Source: a virus. Taken from it: a DNA stretch of 22,716 nucleotides. The position numbers and the translations under genes were made by a program. The DNA lies in IMG/VR virus record IMGVR_UViG_3300033121_002248, one strand, 5' to 3'. Below the pieces are notes generated by a model. The model was not told the origin of the DNA. It saw only the letters and a list, made by a program, of their open reading frames with translations, and did not search any database. Shown piece after piece: positions 1-7,759 of the stretch. Position 1 is the first letter of the stretch; each line of letters opens with the position of its first letter.

Positions 1-2
1 GC

Positions 3-90
3 TCGAACCTGGTGCGCAAGAAGCCCGACTGGTACGGCCCGGTGTGGCCGGGCGTGCCGGACGACCTGCCCTACGTGTGGCCGACCTGAA
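3..90 (+). CDS. 3' end of an upstream gene (partial); translation ...SNLVRKKPDWYGPVWPGVPDDLPYVWPT*
   Basis: Frame 3 is open from the window edge to TGA at 88-90, with the high GC3 codon bias of the other + strand genes. A GAGGAGG ribosome-binding site for the next gene follows. Confidence 0.35.
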
Positions 91-115
91 CCTGTACATG
101 AGGAGGACGAAGCTG

Positions 116-859
116 ATGGAGTGGACGCGAGACGAGGCCGTGGCCGCGATGGTCGAGTACTGGACGAAGTGGGTGCGTGGGGAAGGCGACCCAGCCCTCG
201 CGCACCGCCCCACGCGGGACTGGAGTGCGTCGTGGCTCGCGCGTGTGGCGAATCGCGCGGAGGAGTTCGAGCGCGCACTGCGGCCCGAGGTCGAGAACGC
301 CTACGACTGTCGCGTGGGCTCGTGGGGTGCACAGCACTCCACGCTCTACAACGACTACCACCCGGAGTACGGGCTGGGGTGGGCCTGCCGCGTGGTGTGG
401 CCGAGCGAGCCAGCCGAGTACGACCTGTGGCTCTTCCCGCGCAAGACGCGCACGTGGTTCACCCCGGAGGGCGTGCCCATGGTGGACGAGTCGTGGCGCG
501 GACCGGGGCGAGAACTGCCGAAGAAGGAGGGACCGCAGTTCAAGCACGACTGCGAGGCGTGCATCTTCCTCGGGCGCTGGACCGAGCCCGAGAAGGACGG
601 GGTGCTGCGCGTGGAGTACGACCTCTACGTCTGCCCGCGGGACTGGATGGCGCGAGACGGGCAGCACACCTGCTGCGTCGCGCGGTACAGCAGCGACGGG
701 CCGCGCTACGCGTCGATGACGCTGTCGAACGAGCTCTGGGACGAGTCGCTGGCGGCGATCGGTGGACCGCGTAAGTCGATGTACCACTGCTACATCCCGG
801 CGCTGTGCAAGGCGTGGGAGCGCTGGTGCGGCTACCAAGTCAAGAAGGAGACGGGCTGA
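116..859 (+). CDS. hypothetical protein (248 aa), Cys/Trp-rich C-terminal half
   Basis: ORF 44..859; the preferred start is ATG 116, 8 nt after GAGGAGG (99-105). High GC3. Its stop overlaps the next start (ATGA). Confidence 0.55.
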   Translation: MEWTRDEAVAAMVEYWTKWVRGEGDPALAHRPTRDWSASWLARVANRAEEFERALRPEVENAYDCRVGSWGAQHSTLYNDYHPEYGLGWACRVVWPSEPAEYDLWLFPRKTRTWFTPEGVPMVDESWRGPGRELPKKEGPQFKHDCEACIFLGRWTEPEKDGVLRVEYDLYVCPRDWMARDGQHTCCVARYSSDGPRYASMTLSNELWDESLAAIGGPRKSMYHCYIPALCKAWERWCGYQVKKETG

Positions 860-1071
860 TGGACAACGAAGTGGTCGAGAAGGGCGCGAAGTGCGCGTGC
901 GGGCAGACGCTGCCGTGGCACCTGTTCGAGCTGGGCGGCGGGCTGCGGCACATCTGCAGCTGCGAGCGCGCGTACAAGGAGCAGGACGGCGTGGTGCGCC
1001 ACGTGGGCGCGGCGGTGACGGGCGCGACGCTCGTGCTGTCGGTGATGAGCAGGGAGGTGCCCAGTGGATGA
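859..1071 (+). CDS. small Cys-rich protein (CxC...CxC), putative zinc-ribbon
   Basis: ATG 859 overlaps the upstream TGA, with AAGGAG 7 nt upstream. The product contains CAC...CSC cysteine pairs. Confidence 0.5.
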   Translation: MDNEVVEKGAKCACGQTLPWHLFELGGGLRHICSCERAYKEQDGVVRHVGAAVTGATLVLSVMSREVPSG

Positions 1072-1537
1072 GCGACGGTTCTCAGACCTGCAGGACTTCC
1101 TGCTCGACGACGCGCGCTTCGCGGCCGCGCTCGACCTGCCCGGGTGGCGCCGCGAGGAGCGCGGCCCGCTGTGGCTGGCCGACTTCGATGTCGTGCTGAT
1201 CGACATCGTGTCGCAGGTGCAGTGGGCGAGCCGCGACCTGCGCCTGCGCTGGCCAGCGCAGGTGGTGGACGAGCGCCACGCGGCGTTCCAGTGCGTGTCC
1301 GAGACGTGGGGTGCCCCGAGCAGCTACGGGGCGGGCGGCTACCACCGCTTCCACGTGCAGGCGTGCGGTGGGGTGCGCATGAGCGCCCCGCACACGGGCA
1401 GCGGCAGGCAGAACGACGCGTCGGTGCTGGTGGCCCTGTGGCTCGACATGCCGACGTACAACGTGCGCTTTCGCGACGGCGCGGACGACGCGCGTCTGGT
1501 GCTCTTGAGCGAGATCGACGGTCGGTGCGCGTCGTGA
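1064..1537 (+). CDS. hypothetical protein (157 aa)
   Basis: GTG 1064 follows AGGGAGGTG. Coding-like GC3. The stop TGA at 1535-1537 overlaps ATG 1537. Confidence 0.5.
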   Translation: MDERRFSDLQDFLLDDARFAAALDLPGWRREERGPLWLADFDVVLIDIVSQVQWASRDLRLRWPAQVVDERHAAFQCVSETWGAPSSYGAGGYHRFHVQACGGVRMSAPHTGSGRQNDASVLVALWLDMPTYNVRFRDGADDARLVLLSEIDGRCAS

Positions 1538-1623
1538 TGCGGCGTGGACCGAACCTGCAGAACATCCCCATCCGCACGACGGAGGGCAGGCGCATCCGCG
1601 AGCTGTTCCTGCAGGACAGCAAT
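1537..1623 (+). pseudogene. remnant of a family-A (Pol I-like) DNA polymerase: encodes RRGPNLQNIPIRTTEGRRIRELF, the segment just upstream of motif A
   Basis: Near-identity to the conserved PolA segment [21 protein letters not shown] (E. coli Pol I; Taq [18 protein letters not shown]). No TGRLSS segment upstream and no DYSQIELR, KxxNFGxxYG or VHDE motifs downstream. GC3 drops after about 25 codons, and the region then carries the RBS of the next gene. Confidence 0.5.
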
Positions 1624-1728
1624 CCGCACCGCGAGTTGATGCGGGCGATGCAGAGTGCGCTTCCTCGACACGATGAACAAGCGCCGGTACGGCCGAGACG
1701 GCATGGAACCGAGAAGGAAGGTGGACAG

Positions 1729-2244
1729 ATGAACTGGAGTGACCTGCCGGACGAGGTCCGGCGCGCCTTCGGGCCCGTACTGCCCGGGCCGGACCCGCGC
1801 CCCATCGTCGAGGTGCAGTTCTTCGCGAAGGACGTCCCCGCCAACAGGGGCATGGCCGTCGTGAAGCACAAGCACGTCGCGTGGGACATCGTCTGGAACA
1901 GCTGGTGCGACCCGCGCCGCGAGATCCTGCGCGCCTGGCGCTCGAACCCCTGGAGGAAGCACCACACGCGCAACTACTGGGTGTGGTTCAGGCGCGACGA
2001 GCTGCGCACGAACGGCGGGCTGCTCTTCCAGATCGAGACCGACGGGCGGGTGGTCTGGGTGAACAGCGAGCGCGGGCTCATCGGGCGCTTCAGCCACAGC
2101 GGCGTGGACGTGCACAACGTGCCGGGTGAGCCCACCACCTGCGAGGACTGCTTCCCAGAGCCCGGCTGGGAGCGGTTCAAGGCCGGCATGCTGCGCGTGC
2201 ACGGCGTAGTCGTCGACGACAAGTACAAGCCGAAGGAGGCGTGA
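1729..2244 (+). CDS. hypothetical protein (171 aa), Trp-rich; in frame with the upstream PolA remnant
   Basis: ATG 1729 lies 4 nt after GAAGGAAGGTGG. High GC3. The frame is continuous from ATG 1537, so a 236-aa fusion protein cannot be excluded. Confidence 0.5.
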   Translation: MNWSDLPDEVRRAFGPVLPGPDPRPIVEVQFFAKDVPANRGMAVVKHKHVAWDIVWNSWCDPRREILRAWRSNPWRKHHTRNYWVWFRRDELRTNGGLLFQIETDGRVVWVNSERGLIGRFSHSGVDVHNVPGEPTTCEDCFPEPGWERFKAGMLRVHGVVVDDKYKPKEA

Positions 2245-2585
2245 TGGTGGACCTGACCGAGGAGAACTTCGACAAGTTCGTGCGCGTGCTCGCGCAGTTC
2301 AGCGTGGCGGGCTTCGTCGTGCACCTGACGGCGCGGCCCGGCACCGTCAAGAACGAGAGCGGTGCGGAGACCGTGGCCCGCATGCTGCGCGACGCCGGGC
2401 TGCCGCAGGAGCTGATGGGCCCGGTGGAGTCGAAGCGCCTGCTGCGTCACGGCGGGCGCGGGCGCTTCGAGTTGGCGTGGAACGAGGCCATCAAGCAGGC
2501 CGTGGCGCCGCTGCCACCCGAGCTGCAGATGCAGGCGCTCGAGCAGTTCACGGCCACGAGGGCGTGGCGGCAGGCTGTGTACTGA
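2244..2585 (+). CDS. hypothetical protein (113 aa)
   Basis: GAAGGAGG at 2233-2240 and a GTGATGGTG start cluster. Stop-start overlap with the next gene (ATGA at 2583-2587). Confidence 0.5.
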   Translation: MVDLTEENFDKFVRVLAQFSVAGFVVHLTARPGTVKNESGAETVARMLRDAGLPQELMGPVESKRLLRHGGRGRFELAWNEAIKQAVAPLPPELQMQALEQFTATRAWRQAVY

Positions 2586-2947
2586 TGGTGGAGACCATCA
2601 ACTGGCTGGCCGTCACCTTCGACTCTGCGTTCCTCTGGATCGGGGTGATGCTCGGCTACCTCATCGGCCACATCCGCGGCTCGCAGTGGGGGCTCGACCA
2701 CGTGCAGACGCTGGTGCGCGGGCGGAGCGAGGATGGGAAGAAGACCGTCTACGTGCGCCCCAGCAACCTCACGCAGCAGGAGCAGGCGGCGTGGGTGCAC
2801 GCCATCCAGGAGGTGGACCGCGACGCCACGCACAGGCAGATGCTCGGGCTCGAGACGTTCTGCTGCGTCGAGTGTGAGAAGGAGCCCACCTACGAGCTGC
2901 TCTGCTCGCTGTGCATCGCTGATGAGCGCCTGTTCGGGCATAAGTGA
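2585..2947 (+). CDS. small membrane protein (N-terminal TM helix AFLWIGVMLGYLIGHI), C-terminal CxxC..CxxC
   Basis: ATG 2585 overlaps the upstream stop. The hydrophobic N-terminus is evident in the translation. Its last codons (CAT AAG TGA) form a copy of the GGCATAAG motif. Confidence 0.5.
   Translation: MVETINWLAVTFDSAFLWIGVMLGYLIGHIRGSQWGLDHVQTLVRGRSEDGKKTVYVRPSNLTQQEQAAWVHAIQEVDRDATHRQMLGLETFCCVECEKEPTYELLCSLCIADERLFGHK
2937..2944 (+). promoter_or_regulatory. GGCATAAG motif copy 1 (extended GGGCATAAGTGAGGTACGGGC, shared with copy 2)
   Basis: One of 9 same-orientation copies of C/G-GGCATAAG-T/C lying 6-70 nt upstream of + strand start codons, followed by an RBS. See findings. Confidence 0.45.
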
Positions 2948-2951
2948 GGTA

Positions 2952-2972
2952 CGGGCAGTGCTTTCCTGCCCG
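2952..2972 (+). promoter_or_regulatory. stem-loop CGGGCAG-tgctttc-CTGCCCG in the leader of the 2991 gene
   Basis: Perfect 7-bp inverted repeat with a 7-nt loop, lying between the CATAAG motif and the GAGGTGA RBS. Confidence 0.3.
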
Positions 2973-2990
2973 CTACATCAGAGGTGACCC

Positions 2991-3449
2991 GTGAGTGAAA
3001 ACGACAAGGGCTTCGAGTTCCTGCTGAATCGCGACAGCGCCGGAGCGGTCCGGTACGAAGGGGCGATGCCGGAGAATGACGAGCTGCTCTACCTGGTGAA
3101 CATGTGGATCGCGCACGATCCGCGCTGCACACTCGTGCAGGTGGAGCTCATCCCCAGCGAGAAGTACGACGGGGGCAGGAGCGGCAAGATCTTCGTGCGC
3201 CTGCACAGCATGGGCACGCCCAGCTTCACCGAGCACGGCGACCTGCGCGTGCCGGAGAAGTCGATGGGCGAGCTGCGGAGCTGGAACAACGGCGGGGTGC
3301 TCGTGGCCCGCAACTACGCCACCGACGCGATGGCGCGCGCCTTCTTCACCAGTGAGCGCCTGCGCGACCGCGCCCACGCCGACCTCCGCGCGGTCGTGGG
3401 CAGCCTGAAGGAGGTCTTCACGGGCCTCCAGCCCAAGAAGGAGGACTGA
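2991..3449 (+). CDS. hypothetical protein (152 aa)
   Basis: GTG 2991 follows AGAGGTGA. High GC3. Ends TGA overlapping ATG 3449. Confidence 0.55.
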   Translation: MSENDKGFEFLLNRDSAGAVRYEGAMPENDELLYLVNMWIAHDPRCTLVQVELIPSEKYDGGRSGKIFVRLHSMGTPSFTEHGDLRVPEKSMGELRSWNNGGVLVARNYATDAMARAFFTSERLRDRAHADLRAVVGSLKEVFTGLQPKKED

Positions 3450-3820
3450 TGCTCCAGGTCGTGGACCAGCACGGGGAACAGCGGGGCGACGTCGCCGAAC
3501 TCTTCAAGGCGCGCGCGCTCGCGCGCTACGGCTATGAGCGCGCCGCCCTCAGGTACGCGGGGCGCCTCCAGGTCGTGGACGGCAACGAGCACCACGTCGA
3601 GTCGCGGCCAGAGGTGGAGGCGTGGCGGATGCAGCTCCACCACGACGTGCGCGCGCTGGCCCACGAGGGGGCGCAGGAGGCGCTGCGGAAGCGCGGCGCG
3701 CCGCTCCCGGACAACAAGGAGACGTTCCTCATCGAGTGGGGCGGGGAGACCTGGTACGTCCAGTTCTGGGACGGCGAGGTCTTCCTCGCCACCAGCGCGA
3801 CGGTGCGGGCGGGGTGGTAG
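3449..3820 (+). CDS. hypothetical protein (123 aa)
   Basis: ATG 3449 follows AAGAAGGAGG. Coding-like codon bias. Confidence 0.55.
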   Translation: MLQVVDQHGEQRGDVAELFKARALARYGYERAALRYAGRLQVVDGNEHHVESRPEVEAWRMQLHHDVRALAHEGAQEALRKRGAPLPDNKETFLIEWGGETWYVQFWDGEVFLATSATVRAGW

Positions 3821-3848
3821 TGGGTGGAGGGCGCCTGTGGCTCTCCCA

Positions 3849-3863
3849 TTAGCCCGGCATAAG
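3849..3863 (+). promoter_or_regulatory. TTAGCC-CGG-CATAAG motif copy 2
   Basis: ATTAGCCCGGCATAAGCGAGGTACGGGC lies 49 nt upstream of ATG 3912. Confidence 0.45.
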
Positions 3864-3911
3864 CGAGGTACGGGCGGCAAGACTGCTCGCAACTCCGAGG
3901 ACAACTACATC

Positions 3912-4745
3912 ATGGATTTCAGCTTCGACGAGTACATCAAGGCCGGCAAGGACGAGCGCGACCGCCGCTGGCCCCACACCAAGCTCCTGCTCAACCAGGA
4001 CGGCGACGGGGGCGAGCGCCTGTGGGTGCGCATCGTGGACACGAAGAACCACATCGCCATGCTCGACAACAGCCCGCTCGACCGCCGCTGGTGGTACGGC
4101 GACCTCGTCCACTTCAGCGGCAACCGCATCACCGAGCTGGTGAAGCGCACCTGGGACTCGCGCCTCGGCGTGATGTACCACTCCGCCCGGAACGAGGAGC
4201 AGGACCGCGCGCTGCGCCAGGAGATCTACGACCGCGTCGTGGCGTTCGGTGCGGCCCACGCGGACGTCAGCTTCTTCAGCCCGGGTGTGGGCTTCGTGCT
4301 CGTGCGCAGCAACACCGAGCGCAGCGTCACCACGTTGGAGGTCGCGCACGCCATCGGCCTCGTCGAGGCGGTCTTCGACGTGAGCGACATCACGCGCTTC
4401 AAGGAGGACGGCAAGTTCGACGTGGTGCGCCTGTTCCGCGGCCTCCCGCCGGTGAACGCCGTGCTGGGCGAGCACGAGATGCAGGGGGAGAAGGTGCAGC
4501 TCATCGCGCTGCGCTACCCGAACAACCGCCTGGCGGTGCAGGCGGTGGACGCGCGCAAGGAGCCGTACGCGAAGCTGTCGGTGAACGTGCCGGAGATCCC
4601 ACTCGAGCGCTGCGAGTTCATCGTCTCGCACGAGCTGGACGACGAGGACATCGCGGGCCTCATCGGGACCGGCATCTTCGCGGACACCGGGCGGCGGTGC
4701 GACTACGGCCACGTCCGCGGCGCGCGCATCCTGGCTGTGACCTGA
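3912..4745 (+). CDS. hypothetical protein (277 aa)
   Basis: ATG 3912 (MDFSFDEYIKAG...). High GC3. The annotated ORF 3534..4745 extends upstream through the promoter motif, so the internal ATG is preferred. Confidence 0.55.
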   Translation: MDFSFDEYIKAGKDERDRRWPHTKLLLNQDGDGGERLWVRIVDTKNHIAMLDNSPLDRRWWYGDLVHFSGNRITELVKRTWDSRLGVMYHSARNEEQDRALRQEIYDRVVAFGAAHADVSFFSPGVGFVLVRSNTERSVTTLEVAHAIGLVEAVFDVSDITRFKEDGKFDVVRLFRGLPPVNAVLGEHEMQGEKVQLIALRYPNNRLAVQAVDARKEPYAKLSVNVPEIPLERCEFIVSHELDDEDIAGLIGTGIFADTGRRCDYGHVRGARILAVT

Positions 4746-4768
4746 GACCTACAACCGGAGAGACCGAG

Positions 4769-4942
4769 ATGGTGTGCATCGAGATGAAGGGCAAGGACGG
4801 CTGGGAGCGCGTGCGCGGCAAGTACGCCAACGAGCGCGACGCGCAGAAGGCCATCGCGACGAAGAAGGAGGAGGCGGCCCGCGCGCGGCCGCCCCGCCCG
4901 GCGCCGGAGTTCCGCGTCGTGCCGTTCGAGAAGGATTCGTGA
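4769..4942 (+). CDS. small basic protein (57 aa)
   Basis: ATG 4769 follows GGAGAGACCGAG. Stop TGA overlaps GTG 4939. Confidence 0.4.
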   Translation: MVCIEMKGKDGWERVRGKYANERDAQKAIATKKEEAARARPPRPAPEFRVVPFEKDS

Positions 4943-5256
4943 GCGGCGCCGGCGCGCACGTGGACGAGGTGGCGCGCCTCGCCCTCGACGCGTTCGAGAA
5001 GCGCGGTCATACGCAGGTCGGGCGAGAGGAGCTCGGCGACCTGCAGGCGGTGGTGGCCGAGATGCTGCGCACGGCCGTGCGCTGTGGGAACCTCCCGCCC
5101 TACCGCACGATGGGCGGTGTCCGGGACGTGGAGGCGACAAGCGACGTGGAGGTCGTGTACCGTGGCGACGTGGTTCGCCTCGGGCTGGTCTTCTACACGG
5201 ACGCGGGTGCGCGGGAGAAGCGCTACTACCGGCGCGAGTTCCGAGGTGCAGCGTGA
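4939..5256 (+). CDS. hypothetical protein (about 105 aa)
   Basis: GTG 4939 (GAAGGAT upstream). In-frame coding bias up to TGA at 5254-5256. Confidence 0.4.
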   Translation: MSGAGAHVDEVARLALDAFEKRGHTQVGREELGDLQAVVAEMLRTAVRCGNLPPYRTMGGVRDVEATSDVEVVYRGDVVRLGLVFYTDAGAREKRYYRREFRGAA

Positions 5257-5549
5257 CCCTCCTCGCCTGGAGCAAGGAGCAGCCCTGGTGGCCGCACGTG
5301 CGGGGCCTCATCGAGTCGGGCCTGTACGTGCTCCTCCACCTGCCGGAACTCCCGCCGGTGGAAGAGCGGAAGCTCTTCCACCGACCGAGCGGTGGCTGTG
5401 TCGAGATCGCGCAGTGCCGCGCCGATTGCTGGCACATCGTGCTCGCCGCGGACCCCCACGAGATGGCGCGCGTGGTCCGCGAGAACAGCGTGGTGTCACC
5501 GCTCGGGCGACCGCGTGGGTGGATGCACACGACCGTCATCGACGAGTAG
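5253..5549 (+). CDS. hypothetical protein (98 aa)
   Basis: GTG 5253 overlaps the upstream stop (GTGA). Confidence 0.45.
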   Translation: MTLLAWSKEQPWWPHVRGLIESGLYVLLHLPELPPVEERKLFHRPSGGCVEIAQCRADCWHIVLAADPHEMARVVRENSVVSPLGRPRGWMHTTVIDE

Positions 5550-5569
5550 GCAGAACCGGCCTCCGCAGG

Positions 5570-5577
5570 GGCATAAG
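5570..5577 (+). promoter_or_regulatory. GGCATAAG motif copy 3
   Basis: GGGGCATAAGTAGAG lies 41 nt upstream of ATG 5618. Confidence 0.45.
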
Positions 5578-5617
5578 TAGAGTGGAACAGGGCACGCAGC
5601 CCTTCCGGAGGGAAGTG

Positions 5618-5953
5618 ATGCGACAGGGAGAGGTCGAACGCCGCGCCCGCGCGCGGGGCCTGGTCGTCCGTCGACAGCACGACGTGCTGGAGGCGGTCGC
5701 CCGGGTGTTCAGGAACTCCGGCGGGCCGCTCGACTTCGAGCAGGTGTCGCTGCGCGTGGACAGCACCACGGCGGCGGCCCTGTGCGAGTGGGGTGACCCG
5801 GCCCACCCCGACCTCGGGGTGGGCCTGCGCCGCGCGCTCGAGATGCTGGTCACGACCGGCCGAGTCGAGTGCGTGCGTGTGGTCGAACGAAGCGGCGCCA
5901 GCCGAGTCGCTGGGTCGAGCGTGCGCATGGTCTGGCGGGTTCTCGACAACTGA
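5618..5953 (+). CDS. hypothetical protein (111 aa), possibly a winged-helix-like DNA-binding protein
   Basis: ATG 5618 follows GGAGGGAAG. Product is basic and Arg-rich. The DNA-binding function is a guess only. Confidence 0.5.
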   Translation: MRQGEVERRARARGLVVRRQHDVLEAVARVFRNSGGPLDFEQVSLRVDSTTAAALCEWGDPAHPDLGVGLRRALEMLVTTGRVECVRVVERSGASRVAGSSVRMVWRVLDN

Positions 5954-5995
5954 GCGGGGAGTGCGTGGGGGCAGTCGCTCGCCCCGATTTACTTG

Positions 5996-6011
5996 TTAGC
6001 CCCGGCATAAG
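5996..6011 (+). promoter_or_regulatory. TTAGCC-CCGG-CATAAG motif copy 4
   Basis: TTAGCCCCGGCATAAGCGCCGTGGAGGACACCATG. The motif is 17 nt upstream of ATG 6028, and a GGAGGA RBS lies between them. Confidence 0.45.
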
Positions 6012-6027
6012 CGCCGTGGAGGACACC

Positions 6028-6198
6028 ATGTTCGCTTCCCGAATCGTCACCCTTCCCCGCGCCTCGACCTGGTTCGAGCGCGTCGCCCGCGCCATCCGCG
6101 AGCTCTCCGAGGAGATCGAGGCCGAGGTCCGCGCCCAGCAGGAGCAGCGCGAGCAGGGCATCGAGGACGAGTGGCCGCGCCGGCGCGGTGCGCGCTGA
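6028..6198 (+). CDS. small helical protein (56 aa)
   Basis: ATG 6028 follows GGAGGA. Confidence 0.4.
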   Translation: MFASRIVTLPRASTWFERVARAIRELSEEIEAEVRAQQEQREQGIEDEWPRRRGAR

Positions 6199-6199
6199 C

Positions 6200-6436
6200 A
6201 TGCCGCCGAGGACCTACTCGCCGGTGAAGCTCGGCACCCAGCCCTACAACCCCGTCAAGGTGCTGGGGAAGAACCTCGAGGTCGGAGACATCATCTGGTT
6301 GCCCAACGAGGCGCCGGCGACGGGCGCGGTGCGCGCCTACAAGAACACGCCCGACTACGTCTCCAAGTGGAGCCGCGCGCGGGTGGAGAAGCTCAACCTG
6401 GGCGGGCCAAGCGGCCTGCTCCTCTCCTGGTGCTAA
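6200..6436 (+). CDS. hypothetical protein (78 aa)
   Basis: ATG 6200, 2 nt after the upstream stop. Confidence 0.45.
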   Translation: MPPRTYSPVKLGTQPYNPVKVLGKNLEVGDIIWLPNEAPATGAVRAYKNTPDYVSKWSRARVEKLNLGGPSGLLLSWC

Positions 6437-6438
6437 GC

Positions 6439-7008
6439 ATGGAAGACGACAACAGGCTCTACCGCACGGTCGTGACGGTGGAGGTCCTCTCGCGCGGGCC
6501 GCTGGAGTTCGAGGACCTCGCCCACCTGCACACGCTCATCACCGACGAGCACTACTCGGGCGACTACAGCGTCGCGTCGAGCGAGGTGGTGAGCAAGGAG
6601 GCGATGCGCAAGCTCCTCGCGGCCCAGCGCTCCGACCCCGACTTCTTCGACGAGCTCGACGAGGACGAGGTGGAGTGGGACGACGTCGAGCACAGCCACG
6701 AGGTCGGTGGGCGCGGTGTGCGCATCACCTGGACGTACACGGGCGAGGGTGTCGACGGCGACTACGACCCCGAGGACATCGACGACGAGCCGCGGCTCCG
6801 CGCGGACGTGGTCGTCTTCGAGGACTACGACAAGGAGCGGGTCGCCGTCTCGTACTGCACGCTCGCGCCGGCCGGTACGCCGCCGAAGGAGCTCGAGAAC
6901 ATGCTGTTCGACCTCTCGGACGCGGTGCGTGCCGACTGGGAGAACCCCAAGACGGTCGTGGAGCTGTGGACGCACCGCACTCGGCCCAAGAACCTCGGAG
7001 ACCTGTGA
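6439..7008 (+). CDS. highly acidic protein (189 aa; DEDEVEWDDVEHSHE, DGDYDPEDIDDEP runs)
   Basis: ATG 6439. Very high Asp/Glu content is evident in the translation. Confidence 0.55.
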   Translation: MEDDNRLYRTVVTVEVLSRGPLEFEDLAHLHTLITDEHYSGDYSVASSEVVSKEAMRKLLAAQRSDPDFFDELDEDEVEWDDVEHSHEVGGRGVRITWTYTGEGVDGDYDPEDIDDEPRLRADVVVFEDYDKERVAVSYCTLAPAGTPPKELENMLFDLSDAVRADWENPKTVVELWTHRTRPKNLGDL

Positions 7009-7364
7009 TGTCCGCGAAGGAAATGACCCTGGACGAGATCCGCGACTCGATGGACCCGACCACCCGCACCGCGAACATGACCATCGTCCGCCGGTGGGTG
7101 GAGCGCGACGACGGCGTCGCCGTGTACGAGAACATGGCGATGGACAGCCGGAACTTCGGGCACCGCAAGTACGTGTCCTTCGGCTCGCGTGACGCGCAGC
7201 TGGAGACGGACGAGCCACCCGAGCGCCTGCCGGACATCGGGAGCCAGATCAACTGGCCCTACATGTTGGCGGGCACCTACCGGCGCTGCTGCGAGCGTGA
7301 CGACGACGGGGATGGCAACTGCCCCGTCCACGCGCGCCGTGGAGTGCGGAGGCCTGGTCGGTGA
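7008..7364 (+). CDS. hypothetical protein (118 aa)
   Basis: ATG 7008 overlaps the upstream TGA. Its stop overlaps the SSB start. Confidence 0.45.
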   Translation: MSAKEMTLDEIRDSMDPTTRTANMTIVRRWVERDDGVAVYENMAMDSRNFGHRKYVSFGSRDAQLETDEPPERLPDIGSQINWPYMLAGTYRRCCERDDDGDGNCPVHARRGVRRPGR

Positions 7365-7759
7365 GCCGCGCCACGGTCAACAAGGTGTTCCTGCTCGGCT
7401 CGGCCGGGCGGGACGGAGAGATCTCGTTCACCAAGGGTGGTGTCGCCCTGGGCGTGCTGAGCATCGCCACCAACCGTAGCGTGCGCACCTCCGACGGCTA
7501 CGCCGAGGTCGCGGACTGGCACCGCATCAAGGCGTTCGGCCCGCTCGGCGAGCGCCTGGCCTCCGTGAAGAAGGGCGCGCACGTGTTCGTGGAGGCGGAG
7601 CTCCAGTACTCGCGGTGGACGGACAAGAACAACGTCGTCCGCTACTCCAACGACATCATCGCCAAGAGCGTCGAGCTCCTCGCCGAGCACGAGGACCGCG
7701 CGCCGGAATACGAAGCGCAGGGCGAAGAACCACCAGTCCACAAGGAAGAACCGTCATGA
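7361..7759 (+). CDS. ssb: single-stranded DNA-binding protein (OB-fold SSB)
   Basis: VNKVFLLGSAGRD..ADWHRIKAFG..AELQYSRWTDKNNVVRYSNDIIAKSVELL aligns with bacterial SSB (VNKVILVGNLGQD..TEWHRVVLFG..GQLRTRKWTDQSG). It has an acidic C-terminal tail but lacks the DDDIPF end. Confidence 0.85.
   Translation: MSRATVNKVFLLGSAGRDGEISFTKGGVALGVLSIATNRSVRTSDGYAEVADWHRIKAFGPLGERLASVKKGAHVFVEAELQYSRWTDKNNVVRYSNDIIAKSVELLAEHEDRAPEYEAQGEEPPVHKEEPS

Noticed and set aside
840-1973. 377-aa - strand ORF, plus other long antisense ORFs (3849..4712, 4703..5806, 6433..7218, 13506..14573, 14221..15099, 21154..22032, 21932..22693)
   Set aside because: All overlap + strand genes that have better coding signatures (GC3 bias, RBS, coupled starts, homology) and encode Arg/Pro/Ala-rich low-complexity translations. 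They are high-GC artefacts.
1537-2244. Complete DNA polymerase I gene
   Set aside because: Only the 23-aa PNLQNIP-region segment is present. Motifs A, B and C and the exonuclease domains are absent in all frames of the window.
5954-5995. Imperfect GC-rich inverted repeat (GGGGGCAG..CTCGCCCC) after the 5618..5953 gene, as a terminator
   Set aside because: The stem has mismatches (6 of 8) and no T tract. It may contribute to termination but is too weak to call.
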